Source: TPA_inf: Saccharomyces | Taxonomy: Eukaryota | NCBI GenBank assembly: GCA_000146045.2 | Contig: BK006939.2 | Coordinates: forward strand, 224,001-288,000 | Direction of reading: 5' to 3' | DNA length: 64,000 nt | Shown: piece by piece, positions 22,504 to 35,639 of the stretch | Layout of the letters: each line of letters starts with the position of its first letter | How positions within the stretch are numbered: position 1 is the first letter of the stretch | Program-made: the position numbers and the translations under genes | The notes under the pieces: generated by a model | Database searches by the model: none | What the model was told of the DNA's origin: nothing | What the model saw: the letters and a program-made list of their open reading frames with translations, nothing else

Positions 22504-22981
22504 AGTGTCACAGTGCGATATAATCAATCCTGGTAAAACCGCACGAGTGAAAGGGAAAGAAAAATTGCGTTTGTTAGCTGCAATAAATGTAAAAAGACTA
22601 TATTAAAAAAAGAACTGCAGCCTTTATTATTACCAATATATTTGATAAGAAAGTATATCGGACGCGTATTGTAGTTCTTGGGGAGCCGGTTGCTGTTGCT
22701 TCAGCCTCTTATGACCGTGAATCAAGAATTTTTATTATTCTTGATTTCAATTTTCTCCGCGAATCTCGGCTAAGATGCTTGGGTTGCCAGTGTTAATTCC
22801 ATATATATACTGAATAATAGAAAATAAGTTAAAACATAAGTGCTGAAGACTTGAAAGGTTGGTGTGAGAAAACCCGTATGCCTGTGATATGTCTAGAATA
22901 CATAGGGTTTTTTTTCTTCGCTTTGTAATTGATTGCGCTATATATGAAAAATATACATGAGGCGTTATTAACTTGCTGAGC

Positions 22982-24157
22982 TTATCTGGCCACAGTATGT
23001 TTTTTGTGTTCCTTCTCCTGCTCACCTAGGATTAGCTCTTCAAAAACTCTAGCTTCTTCAGCTTCTTCTGGTGACCTTCTAGCACTGGCAAACTTGTGGG
23101 CAATAAACAGCATTGCTTTTGCCTTTGCAATACGTTCCTTGGAAGGGACCTTTTTATCGTTTAGAATCTTATTGCAAACGTCTTTTAGTTTTCTTTCCAG
23201 TTCAAATTTCGACATAGCCCACATGACACCAAGTGCCTTACCAGCCATTGTGGACTCAAATTTGGCACGTTCATATTGGTCTAGTTCGTCAGTATTGACT
23301 TCACTCATTTTTTCCATGGCTTTTTGAGCTTCTAAGCCTGTAGACAATAAATTGTATGCTGATTTAACAGATCTAGCATTGTCGCGTGTACCAGTGAATA
23401 TTTTAGAAATTCCGTAAGTCTTCTTGGACATGATAAAATTATTCGCTTTTGTCTTGTAAACCCTGGCCAATAAATACAATAACTCTAGACCAAAACTTTC
23501 TAATTTCAAATCCTCGATTTCTTGATCTAGTTTTCGCGTAAATTCCTCCAAGTTATTGGACTTCACAGCAATTAAGTACCTAGAGATTTTTTCGTTCAGT
23601 TTTTCTGCCAACTCGTCGACTTGTTTCATCATATCTTCCCGTCTTTTTTTCTCCATTTCCATTAGCTTCTCTCTTTGCTCCTTCGATAATTTATCTTTTT
23701 TCAAAGATTCAGCTTTATTAGTGTCATGCTTAACCATTCCACCATCAGTGCTCTCATCTGCTTTTTCGGTTTCAGTGGCTGCTGTACCCTCCTCATCTTC
23801 CTTTCCAAACATTTCTGTTGCCTCGTTTAGCTCTTTGAACAAAGAAAATTCTCCAATCCAATCTTTGAAGCCATCACCACCGAATATTGCTGTAAAGTAT
23901 TCAGAAGCATCTTCAAATCCTTGCTGAGGAACAGCATCCTCCTTACCAAACTGGTCATACTTGGAACGAAGCCCTGGATCACTTAAGACTTGGTAGGCCT
24001 CGCCTACGGCTTGAAACTTTGCTTGAGCATCTGGGTCATCAGGATGCTTGTCCGGATGTGTTTCCATAGCCTTTCTACGATAGGCCTTTTTGATTTCAGT
24101 GGGCGTGGCCTCAGGCTTGATGCCCAAAATATCATAATACTCCGTCTCCTTTACCAT
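22982..24157 (-). CDS. CAJ1: type II DnaJ (J-domain) co-chaperone, 391 aa
   Basis: An N-terminal J domain reads YYDILGI...AYRRKAMETHPDKHPDDPDAQAKF with an HPD motif. Length is 391 aa. Confidence 0.9.
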   Translation of the reverse strand: MVKETEYYDILGIKPEATPTEIKKAYRRKAMETHPDKHPDDPDAQAKFQAVGEAYQVLSDPGLRSKYDQFGKEDAVPQQGFEDASEYFTAIFGGDGFKDWIGEFSLFKELNEATEMFGKEDEEGTAATETEKADESTDGGMVKHDTNKAESLKKDKLSKEQREKLMEMEKKRREDMMKQVDELAEKLNEKISRYLIAVKSNNLEEFTRKLDQEIEDLKLESFGLELLYLLARVYKTKANNFIMSKKTYGISKIFTGTRDNARSVKSAYNLLSTGLEAQKAMEKMSEVNTDELDQYERAKFESTMAGKALGVMWAMSKFELERKLKDVCNKILNDKKVPSKERIAKAKAMLFIAHKFASARRSPEEAEEARVFEELILGEQEKEHKKHTVAR

Positions 24158-25108
24158 ATTCCCTCTTTTCTTTTCCTTTGAGTTAATACGTCTTAATTAC
24201 GTGAAGCCGACAATTATCTAAGTTGCTCTTTTTACAGGCGTAAACCATTGGAAAGCAATGGTTACGGCTAACCGCGGATCCGACTATATCACCACTTTAA
24301 CACTTTATCGTCCCTGTTTGTCCTTGGCAGTGTACATTCGCCATCAAATTTTCCGTTCTCCGCCCCATCTTGGTATGACGGGCGAAAACACCGCAGTGAC
24401 GTTCCCAGGGTCTAAAACAATCCATAGGAGAACCACTTCGATTCACTGTCTTACTTCTCAAATACGAAATTTTTTGGATTAATCATCATTGTTTATTTCT
24501 GAAACGCTAACCGAAAGTCTTCATCATTTGATTTGACTCTAGCAGATATTCTCCAGGAAATGTTAGAATGTCCGGTAATTCCGTTTGCTATATTCTATTT
24601 GTTGATACTGATGAGCATCAAAAAATTATGTAATAAGGGTATCAATTCGCATTCTTATATTTAATACATACCCAGTTGTTTGTAGCTGGTTCATATTTAG
24701 CGGCAATTCTCTGTTGCGTAAATGAAAATATTAATGTAAACAAAAAAAGACCAAAACATTTTAGCAGTGTAAGAAGGTGTACTGATACAAAATGTGTTTA
24801 GAGTCTACTGATATGTTACTGACCGTTCGTTGGGAAAAAAATACTGTATCATTTATTAATCAAAAGCGACTTTTGGTGGAATATTATGATATGTGTTGTT
24901 AAAATATGACGTAATTTTAGAATTGTCTGATTCGTATTCAAATTTGGTGAAGGAATAACGCAGAGTTGACAATTTAATAGAATGGATTAATCGTAATTTT
25001 CAGAAACGTAGAAAAAGAAAAACAATTAAAACATTATATTAAGATTATTGATTTGCCTTTTAAGGGTCCATACTCCTGGGAGAGAACATTCAGGATAATA
25101 TATATACC

Positions 25109-25431
25109 TGAGAAACTGGCGAGTAATTTGATAATTGTTCGGATTGCATTGTTGCCGAATCCTATAACATTAGGTATACATAGTATACAAGCAATTCTCC
25201 CGACGTTATAGGAATTCACAAAAGAGAATCGATGGTGTTACTTTATCTTCCTTCCCGTTATACTTTGTCTTTCATTATCCTATTAGATTACATTTCAGTT
25301 TCCATCAATTTTTGATGGCTGTCTCTCAATTTATATTATCTTCTTATACCGTATATGATGGTATACTAGTTTACAATATTAGACGATGGATGATGATTGG
25401 TTCTTATCATAATTTGATTTCGGCAGAAGCA
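25109..25431 (-). mobile_element. solo Ty1/Ty2 delta LTR, about 323 bp (near full length), minus orientation
   Basis: The reverse complement aligns along its length with the delta consensus recalled from memory: ...GAAATCAA..ACTAGTATA..ATCATATACGG...GGAAGCTGAAA.GTAATCTAATAGGATAATGAAA...CAACAATGCAATCCGAACAATTATC...AGTTTCTCA. Confidence 0.7.
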
Positions 25432-25444
25432 ATATTAGAGGTAT

Positions 25445-25752
25445 TGTTGTAACGAAATTCCAATGTCATCTGCTTAGTATTATTAATGTTACCTGAATAT
25501 TATCACATGCTGCTTAAAAATGTGTTATAAGTATTAAAATCTAGTGAAAGTTGAAATGTAATCTAATAGGATAATGAAACATATGAAACGGAATGAGGAA
25601 TAATCGTTGTATCACTATGTAGAGATATCGATTTCATTTTGAGGATTCCTATATTCTTGGGGAGAACTTCTACTATATTCTGTATACATGATATAATAGC
25701 CTCTCCCAACAATGGAATGCCAACAATTATCGAATTATTCACCAGTTTCTCA
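25445..25752 (+). mobile_element. solo Ty1/Ty2 delta LTR, about 308 bp, plus orientation, head-to-head with the preceding delta
   Basis: It starts TGTTGTAACGAAATTCCAATGTCATC. The middle reads ...TGAAATGTAATCTAATAGGATAATGAAACATATGAAACGGAATGAGGAATAATCG...TTTTGAGGATTCCTATAT..GGAGAACTTCTA. The end reads ...CAACAATGGAATGCCAACAATTATC...CAGTTTCTCA. All three parts match the delta consensus. Confidence 0.75.
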
Positions 25753-25929
25753 GGTATACCTTGTATACCTAATATCTTGTATACCTGATATCATAATGTT
25801 CAATAACAGTAAAGTGCTAATAATTATGTATTTTTTTGCCGATTTTTCAATATTTCACCTGTTTATCGGTGTCAAAGTACTACGTTTAGTTTACTGTAGG
25901 GTTAGTTGATTTTTTTACGGCTAAATTTA

Positions 25930-26270
25930 TGTTGTATTACGGGCTCGAGTAATACCGGAGTGTCTTGACAATCCTAATATAAACAGTCTTAGGGAAGTAA
26001 CCAGTTGTCAAAACAGTTTATCAGATTAATTCACGGAATGTTACTTATCTTATATATTATATAAAATATGAATCATATTAAGTGGTGGAAGCGCGGAATC
26101 TCGGATCTAAACTAATTGTTCAGGCATTTATACGTTTGGGTAGTTCAGCTAGGGAAGGCCGGGTTTTATCTCATGTTGTTCGTTTTGTTATAAGGTTGTT
26201 TCATCTGTGTTTTATGAACGTTTAGGATGACGTATTGTCATACTGACGTATCTCATTTTGAGATACAACA
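25930..26270 (-). mobile_element. solo sigma element (Ty3 LTR), full length 341 bp, ending 15 bp upstream of tRNA-Gln
   Basis: On the minus strand it begins TGTTGTATCTCAAAATGAGATACGTCAGTATGACAATACGTCATCCTAAACGTTCATAAAACAC and ends ...ACTCGAGCCCGTAATACAACA, matching the sigma consensus from memory. The 15-bp distance to the tRNA is close to the characteristic 16-19 bp for sigma. Confidence 0.85.
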
Positions 26271-26285
26271 ATTTACAGTTGTACT

Positions 26286-26357
26286 GGTCCTATAGTGTAG
26301 TGGTTATCACTTTCGGTTTTGATCCGGACAACCCCGGTTCGAATCCGGGTAGGACCT
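26286..26357 (+). tRNA. tQ(UUG): tRNA-Gln, anticodon UUG, 72 nt, no intron
   Basis: GGTCCTATAGTGTAGTGGTTATCACTTTCGGTTTTGATCCGGACAACCCCGGTTCGAATCCGGGTAGGACCT folds as a cloverleaf. The acceptor stem GGTCCTA pairs with TAGGACC, and the anticodon loop is TTTTGAT. A-box TAGTGTAGTGG and B-box GGTTCGAATCC are present. A pol III T5 terminator follows at 26358-26362. Confidence 0.95.
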
Positions 26358-26717
26358 TTTTTATTCATTTTTACATAATATATGCTGAATATATTGGTTA
26401 AAGAGGTTTTTTTAGTTCCCAAATGTCCACAGTAAAGTAGATAAAGCAATAGCTATTTCCATCAAATCCAAACAATATTGTATTACCCACTTATTATTAA
26501 ACAATGCATTTATTGGAGAAACACCCGCTTTCCGGGTAATAGCAGTCTATTTATTCTCATTCATTTATAAGCGGCGGAGAAAAATGATTGAGGAATTGAT
26601 ATAATTACACAGTAACTTTACGGAGCCTAAGGTAACAAGTGAAGTTTGGATAGCAGTTTTATTCCCATTTTTATCTGCAGTATAGGGAACTTGGAATCAC
26701 CTTTTGAAAGAAGAGAA

Positions 26718-27002
26718 ATGCCTGGATTTACAGCTCCAACAAGAAGGCAGGTGTTGTCTTTATACAAGGAATTCATCAAGAATGCTAATCAATTCAATAA
26801 TTACAACTTCAGGGAATACTTTTTAAGTAAAACAAGGACTACTTTCAGAAAGAACATGAATCAGCAAGACCCAAAAGTGTTAATGAACCTATTTAAGGAA
26901 GCTAAGAACGACTTAGGTGTCTTGAAAAGACAGTCTGTTATTTCTCAGATGTACACATTTGACAGGCTGGTCGTAGAACCATTGCAAGGAAGAAAACACT
27001 AA
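26718..27002 (+). CDS. ISD11: LYR-family (LYRM4) partner of the Nfs1 cysteine desulfurase, 94 aa
   Basis: The translation [36 protein letters not shown]... carries a LYR/LYK motif. Length is 94 aa. The ORF-track entry starts at an upstream in-frame ATG (26646). Confidence 0.8.
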
Positions 27003-27667
27003 AACCTGGCCTAACTGGTCATTGCATGTAAGAAAGAACTTTCCAGTAATTTTTTCCTTCTCACGTCAGGAAATTCGTATGGTTATATCTTATAGAGAGG
27101 TGGCCGCCTTTAATTTGGAAAAGATATTATTAGATGATATTCCTAATTTTCGACCGATACTTTGCATGGTTGGACTTCAATTAGATCATGTAATTTACTT
27201 CCTTAATATCAATAGCATTTCTTTTTTGGTAGAAGATTTTTCTTTTCTTTTCTTTTCTTCAACCCACATGGGACTATAAGAGGAGAGTTTATAGCTTGTA
27301 TATAAAACGCTATAACTAAAACATAAGCCCACTCTGAGGTGAGATGTCTTTACGGTATGATAACAAGCTGATGCAATGAGAGATCCTATGAATTGCTTGG
27401 ATTCTTTTACATCAGGCATAAAGTTTCCGAAGTATGCAATAAAATGAGTATTTGCTTATTTATTGTTTGTATCGGGCGATCTTACACCTACTTTATGTGC
27501 GTAATAGTTGCATCTTCTTTTTTCGGACCATTCCATCGGATAAACTTCTTAGGTAAAAGTGAAAAAAAAAAAAAATTCGCTTATATATTAATCAAGTCAT
27601 CACTTGGAAGCCGTTCTCTTCCGTTTACAACACGAAGAGCCAACTGTTTTCTTGTGTCATTCTTTAG

Positions 27668-29662
<1,995 letters not shown>

Positions 29663-29970
29663 ACAATTAACCCGTCTTATTAAGTAAATGGCAGCTTAGA
29701 TATTTATAAAGTTGTATAATAGAAGTAATAAAATTATTTGAAAAGTTATTCGTCAATTTCAGCTTATTCCTCTGGCGTGAATATCATTACCATAATCCAA
29801 ATTCGAGTAAGCGAATAAAACGGGTATATTAAAGAAATATAAGAATGAATATAAGTTTAACTTAAGATCTAATTGCGATTCTTTTTACATATTGTATATT
29901 TACAGACAGAACTATGAAATGCCTTATTTTCTTAATTATTTCATGTGGAGAAGCATTAGTGTAGTACAGT

Positions 29971-30579
<609 letters not shown>

Positions 30580-30655
30580 CTAATAGAAGTGGGTGATTAT
30601 AATGAGTAAGAAGACGTAATGATCATAAAACAAAATACTAATAAGCTATGGTGCA

Positions 30656-32134
30656 ATGCAAGATCCCAATATTTGCCAGCATTGCCAGTTGAAGGATAAT
30701 CCAGGCGCATTAATTTGGGTGAAGTGTGATAGTTGCCCGCAGTGGGTCCACGTGAAATGCGTGCCTTTGAAACGCATTCACTATTCAAATCTTACAAGTT
30801 CTGAAGTTCTGTCTTATCCAAATTCTGCGAAGCAAATCAAGAGCTACCGTTGTCCTAATCATAAGGAAGGAGAATATCTTACCGCATACGCTCTCATCAC
30901 ACAAAAAGGAAAGCGGCAAAGGAATAAAGAAAACCCTGAAGATAGTCATATAAATAAGCGGTATAATTTCAGAAAGAAGAAATTACTTGACTATATCGCT
31001 TTGAATGAGGGTGAATCGAAAAGGGATAAAATGAATCACCCTCATAAGGAGAGTTTCATGAAATCTTTTGAAAAATGGAAAAATGGCTCAAATATTATAA
31101 ACGCCGCTGACTTTGCTGAAAAGTTTGATAATATAGATGTGCCGTACAAGATCATCGATCCACTGAATAGCGGAGTATATGTACCGAATGTGGGCACAGA
31201 CAATGGATGCCTCACAGTTAATTATATCACCGAAATGATAGGCGAGGATTATCATGTTGATGTAATGGACGTTCAATCACAAATGAATGAAAATTGGAAC
31301 TTGGGATCTTGGAATGAATATTTTACAAATACTGAACCAGACAGGAGGGATCGAATAAGGAATGTTATATCATTAGAAGTCTCTAATATTGAGGGATTAG
31401 AACTAGAGAGGCCCACTGCAGTTAGGCAGAATGATCTTGTTGATAAAATTTGGAGTTTCAATGGACATTTAGAAAAAGTCAATGGGGAGAAGGCGGAGGA
31501 GAATGACCCCAAGCCAAAAGTGACCAAATATATTTTGATGTCTGTAAAGGATGCTTATACGGATTTTCATTTGGATTTTGCCGGTACCTCTGTTTATTAT
31601 AACGTTATCTCAGGACAGAAGAAGTTTTTATTATTTCCACCTACCCAATCAAACATAGATAAGTATATTGAGTGGTCTTTAAAAGAAGACCAAAATAGTG
31701 TTTTCCTCGGTGATATTCTTGAGGATGGTATTGCGATGGAATTAGATGCTGGTGATTTGTTTATGATTCCAGCTGGATATATTCATGCAGTTTATACACC
31801 AGTAGACTCTTTGGTATTTGGAGGCAACTTTTTAACCATCCGTGATTTGGAGACACACCTTAAAATTGTGGAAATTGAAAAGTTAACAAAGGTTCCTAGA
31901 AGATTTACCTTCCCGAAGTTTGATCAAGTGATGGGTAAATTATGCGAGTATCTTGCGCTTGATAAAAATAAAATCACTAGTGATGTCAGTGATGGGGATT
32001 TGCTTTCCAGGACCACTAATTGCGCAATTCAATCACTTCATGCATACGTTATAAAACCTGAAGTTAAGTACAAGCCGTTAAATTTCACTTCAAAGAAGCA
32101 TTTAGCGAAAGCTTTAGCCGATCTTATTTCGTAA
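30656..32134 (+). CDS. JHD1: JmjC-domain histone H3K36 demethylase with N-terminal PHD finger, 492 aa
   Basis: PHD finger CQHCQLKDNPGALIWVKCDSCPQWVHVKCV. The JmjC region carries HxD...H Fe-binding residues (DFHLDFAGTSVYY...IHAVYTP). Confidence 0.88.
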   Translation: MQDPNICQHCQLKDNPGALIWVKCDSCPQWVHVKCVPLKRIHYSNLTSSEVLSYPNSAKQIKSYRCPNHKEGEYLTAYALITQKGKRQRNKENPEDSHINKRYNFRKKKLLDYIALNEGESKRDKMNHPHKESFMKSFEKWKNGSNIINAADFAEKFDNIDVPYKIIDPLNSGVYVPNVGTDNGCLTVNYITEMIGEDYHVDVMDVQSQMNENWNLGSWNEYFTNTEPDRRDRIRNVISLEVSNIEGLELERPTAVRQNDLVDKIWSFNGHLEKVNGEKAEENDPKPKVTKYILMSVKDAYTDFHLDFAGTSVYYNVISGQKKFLLFPPTQSNIDKYIEWSLKEDQNSVFLGDILEDGIAMELDAGDLFMIPAGYIHAVYTPVDSLVFGGNFLTIRDLETHLKIVEIEKLTKVPRRFTFPKFDQVMGKLCEYLALDKNKITSDVSDGDLLSRTTNCAIQSLHAYVIKPEVKYKPLNFTSKKHLAKALADLIS

Positions 32135-32295
32135 AATTTCTTCTTGTCCGCCACGTTCTTGTATCTTTTATTTCATCCTATGCTCTCGATGAATGAGATC
32201 TACTTTAGCAATTGATACAGTATAACCCTGACATTACATTTAGGGAATAATCGCCCCAATATAGGTTACAAAACATTAATATATATGTAAATATA

Positions 32296-32302
<7 letters not shown>

Positions 32303-32326
<24 letters not shown>

Positions 32327-32327
32327 A
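32303..32327. repeat. (TA)n microsatellite between the convergent JHD1 and HOM3 3' ends
   Basis: gtatatatatatatatatatatata read directly. Confidence 0.9.
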
Positions 32328-32374
32328 AAGGGAAAATTAATATTCTATCATTAAAGTGAAGAAGAAAGGTGGAT

Positions 32375-33958
32375 TTAAATTCCAAGTCTTTTCAATTGTT
32401 CTAAACGTTCATCAATGGCATGTTCAAATTGGTTTGAAGTATTTGTCCGCTCACTTAGTAACTTGGCATGAATACATTGTAGCGCTTTTATGGAGTCAGA
32501 TTCATTGATAACGCAGGATATGTTTATTTCATTTGCCCCTTGAGAAATCATTTCAATGTTGATGCCTTCTTCAGCAAGAGTAGTAAACATGGTACCAGCA
32601 ATGCCGATGTATTGTTTCATATGTTTACCAACTAATGAAACAATAGACAACTTCTTTGTGATATCAACAGAACCTAAAATTCTCAATTTTTCCTCAGCTT
32701 GTCTCAGAGATTTTAATGAGTCTGCATCTGGAATGGGCAAAGCCATCGAAACATGAACTTCAGAAGTAGATATTAAATCTACGACTAACTTGTACTTATC
32801 CAGGATGGTAAATATTTGAGCTAGGAAACCATGGGATAGGGTTTTCTTATTGGAATGAATGTTGATGACGAAAATGTCATTTTTGGTGGTGATAGCAGTG
32901 GCACCTCTCTTTCTCTTTTCATAGAAAGATGAGGATAAGTTCTCAGGAGGATGTGGTGGAGTAGATTCACCCTTCTTTGCTACATTATCTGGGTAGATAA
33001 TGGTACCGTTACCTAATGGATTTTGAACATTCTTGATTCTAATAGGAATCTTAGCCCTAATAACTTGTTCCATCGTAAAAGGATGTATAACTTCGGAACC
33101 ATAATATGTTAATTCAGAAGCTTCTTCTGGAGTAACACTGTCTAGCAAACGTGCTTCAGGAACCTTACGAGGATCAGCAGTAAATATACCATCAACTTCC
33201 TTCCAAACTTGTAGTTCATCAGCATTTACAGCAACTGCTATCAAAGCGGCACATAAATCGGTATAGCCACGACCAACACCATTCAGAAGACCAGTTGGAA
33301 CTAAACCAAAAAACCCTGTAAAGACTGGAACGATACGCTCTTTAGCACTTACAAAGGGGGCCAATTTTTCTTTCAATGCTTGAACCAGGAAAGTGTAGAA
33401 ACTGTTATCCAAAGCGCTGGCACTGAAATCAGAGGGAACAATGTGGCTCAAATCCACATATTTGGCCTTACAGCCACGGTCATTACATAAAGCAGTCATG
33501 AACAAACAACTCAACTTCTCACCACATGACATCACCAGATCTACTGTACGTGAACTCACTTCACCCAAAACTTTTGAAGCATTTAAATATTTCTTGACCA
33601 GTTCAAGTTCTTTATTGGTATCATCCACTAACTTGGCTTGCAAGGCAGGATTGAGAATGAAGCGGTCGGCATTATCGATATGGTCTTGTCTGATAACTTC
33701 GATAATGTCTTGAAATTCAGATTCTTGCGAAGCCAAATCACAACATTTCAAAAGACGAGAAGTGGTACCTTCAGCCTTGGTGTATGAAGAACGGGCGGAA
33801 CAAACGACAGCGACATTATTGTTTGGGCCGTCAGGTTTAGAATAGTGCTTCACAATGTCATCCACTATTTGGACGGGAAATTTACCGACAGATGTACCAC
33901 CGAACTTTTGCACGACCCAGTTCGAATGACTTGATGTAGGTTGGAAATCCATTGGCAT
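32375..33958 (-). CDS. HOM3: aspartate kinase (aspartokinase), 527 aa
   Basis: An N-terminal amino-acid kinase fold reads VVQKFGGTSVG. C-terminal ACT domains are present. Length is 527 aa. Confidence 0.93.
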   Translation of the reverse strand: MPMDFQPTSSHSNWVVQKFGGTSVGKFPVQIVDDIVKHYSKPDGPNNNVAVVCSARSSYTKAEGTTSRLLKCCDLASQESEFQDIIEVIRQDHIDNADRFILNPALQAKLVDDTNKELELVKKYLNASKVLGEVSSRTVDLVMSCGEKLSCLFMTALCNDRGCKAKYVDLSHIVPSDFSASALDNSFYTFLVQALKEKLAPFVSAKERIVPVFTGFFGLVPTGLLNGVGRGYTDLCAALIAVAVNADELQVWKEVDGIFTADPRKVPEARLLDSVTPEEASELTYYGSEVIHPFTMEQVIRAKIPIRIKNVQNPLGNGTIIYPDNVAKKGESTPPHPPENLSSSFYEKRKRGATAITTKNDIFVINIHSNKKTLSHGFLAQIFTILDKYKLVVDLISTSEVHVSMALPIPDADSLKSLRQAEEKLRILGSVDITKKLSIVSLVGKHMKQYIGIAGTMFTTLAEEGINIEMISQGANEINISCVINESDSIKALQCIHAKLLSERTNTSNQFEHAIDERLEQLKRLGI

Positions 33959-34234
33959 GTAAAAGTTAAAAAAAATGAAAGCTTCTGTGATAAAATGCGA
34001 TAGCTATGTGAGCTTAAGCGATGGAGAGAGTATTGGCTACACAAATATCCTTCAATGAGTAGAGCACTGTTAAAATAGAAATAAAATAATTATCCAGCAG
34101 TATTCTTATATATGGATATTATACATTATTTCTTCGAAGCTAAAAGAATCTCTGGAGAAGACTGCGTACGGAAAGTGAAAAAAAAAAAAAGTGATGATGA
34201 AATTTTCGTTTGCTAGTGAAAAAGAAAGAAAAGG

Positions 34235-34241
34235 TGAGTCA
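34235..34241. promoter_or_regulatory. Gcn4 response element TGAGTCA (within ggTGAGTCAtgg) about 280 bp upstream of HOM3
   Basis: A perfect palindromic GCRE core is read directly. HOM3 is a known general-control target. Confidence 0.6.
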
Positions 34242-34736
34242 TGGGCCTGAAAAATACACGTGGTTAGAGCCACAGTAGAGTAAAAAGTTGATATTAGGGG
34301 AGTTCTAGAAAGAAAAGGATCCTGTGAGACCAATGACAGTGATTGTAAATTGTGGGAGTGATATTTGATGTTACTATCAAATAAGGCCTCAGCCTCTGAA
34401 TATGTTCACCTAAAAATTGTAGAAGATTCAATCGCGAGCGGCTGGCAAGTTTGGGCATGCATCGAGTATTGCCGTATATCGAAACTACCTTATAAATGTG
34501 TTTCTGATATGGCACTTTCAAAGTTTTCCTGGGCCTGTTCTTGGCTTGAGAAATTTGGCAATCATAACAAAACTCTTAGTATGAAAAGAAATTGTAGGAC
34601 GAATATTTATTAAGACATATGCAAAGAAGAACAAACTATAAATGCCGGTCATTTACTAACTTTATGAAATCCTGTGTATACAATATTCCTCTAGCACAGA
34701 GTGTTTACGATAAACCTTGCCGATTGAATCGATCAG

Positions 34737-35639
34737 CTAACCGGTGGTTGGTAAGCCTACATAAGCCTTGAACGAATCGTAAATTAGCCATTGGAAACTT
34801 GTCAAAGTACCGATCATGACAATTCTCACCATTAACCCATTCCACAACCCAGTAAAGCCAATTTTTTGATATATTCTTTTAGAGGCTACAGACATGGACT
34901 CGTTGGCCTTTCTTTCGCTATTGATCTTGGAAACCATAACGTCTGCAGGATGTGAGACTGCAGCACATAATATACCTGCCAGATAACCACCTACAAAACT
35001 GACTGATATTTGCTGTAATGCGTTCATTTCTTCTTTCTTTTTAGGTAAAACACTGTATATTTTTTGAACAATTTTTTCGAATGAGGTAAACTTACACATT
35101 GTGTAAGGAATCTGTCTGCACCATAGGGGAACAATACCTTTATAAAATGCTTTCATACCTCCACTTTCTGCATACATTTTTTTCCATCCATCAACAACGT
35201 TATTGCAAAAGGGCGGCATAGTAGTCTGCTGTTTCACTTTAATAGCTTCAAATGGGCACAACATGATATCAGCGAGGAATTCAGCGGTCGCTGAGGCCAT
35301 CAAGTACACAGTGACACCAGGACTTAACCAACTAGAATACAAATGCTTGAAATACTCATAACCACCATACTTACCTGCACCTTGTAGCGAATATCCGACG
35401 AATGTAGCACCAAACCCAGTGTATACTTTCTTCCAGCCTTCATTAGCTATAATCTTACGGAACCCTTGTAAGTTTGAAGTATACAACTTGGGATTGACCT
35501 GTAGCCTACATTTGACAAGATCTAGTGGAGTGATCGAAGAATGTGTTGGACCGCACGCAATTATACCACCTAAGGTACATGTGGCATAAAACTCTTTCGT
35601 ATATAATTGGATTTTACGTGGTTGTTTATTGGACTCCAT
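34737..35639 (-). CDS. PIC2: mitochondrial carrier family protein (phosphate/copper carrier), 300 aa
   Basis: Three mitochondrial-carrier repeats carry PxD/ExxK/R-type signatures ([10 protein letters not shown] etc.). Length is 300 aa. Confidence 0.85.

Noticed and set aside
26646-26717. In-frame upstream ATG extending ISD11 by 24 codons ([24 protein letters not shown])
   Set aside because: The extension is hydrophobic and unlike LYRM4 family N-termini, and the conserved LYR protein begins at the second ATG (26718). Similar upstream extensions in the ORF track for HVG1, HMF1, PCL6, FCY22, GPP2, THO1, SAP1 and KRE29 were trimmed on the same logic.
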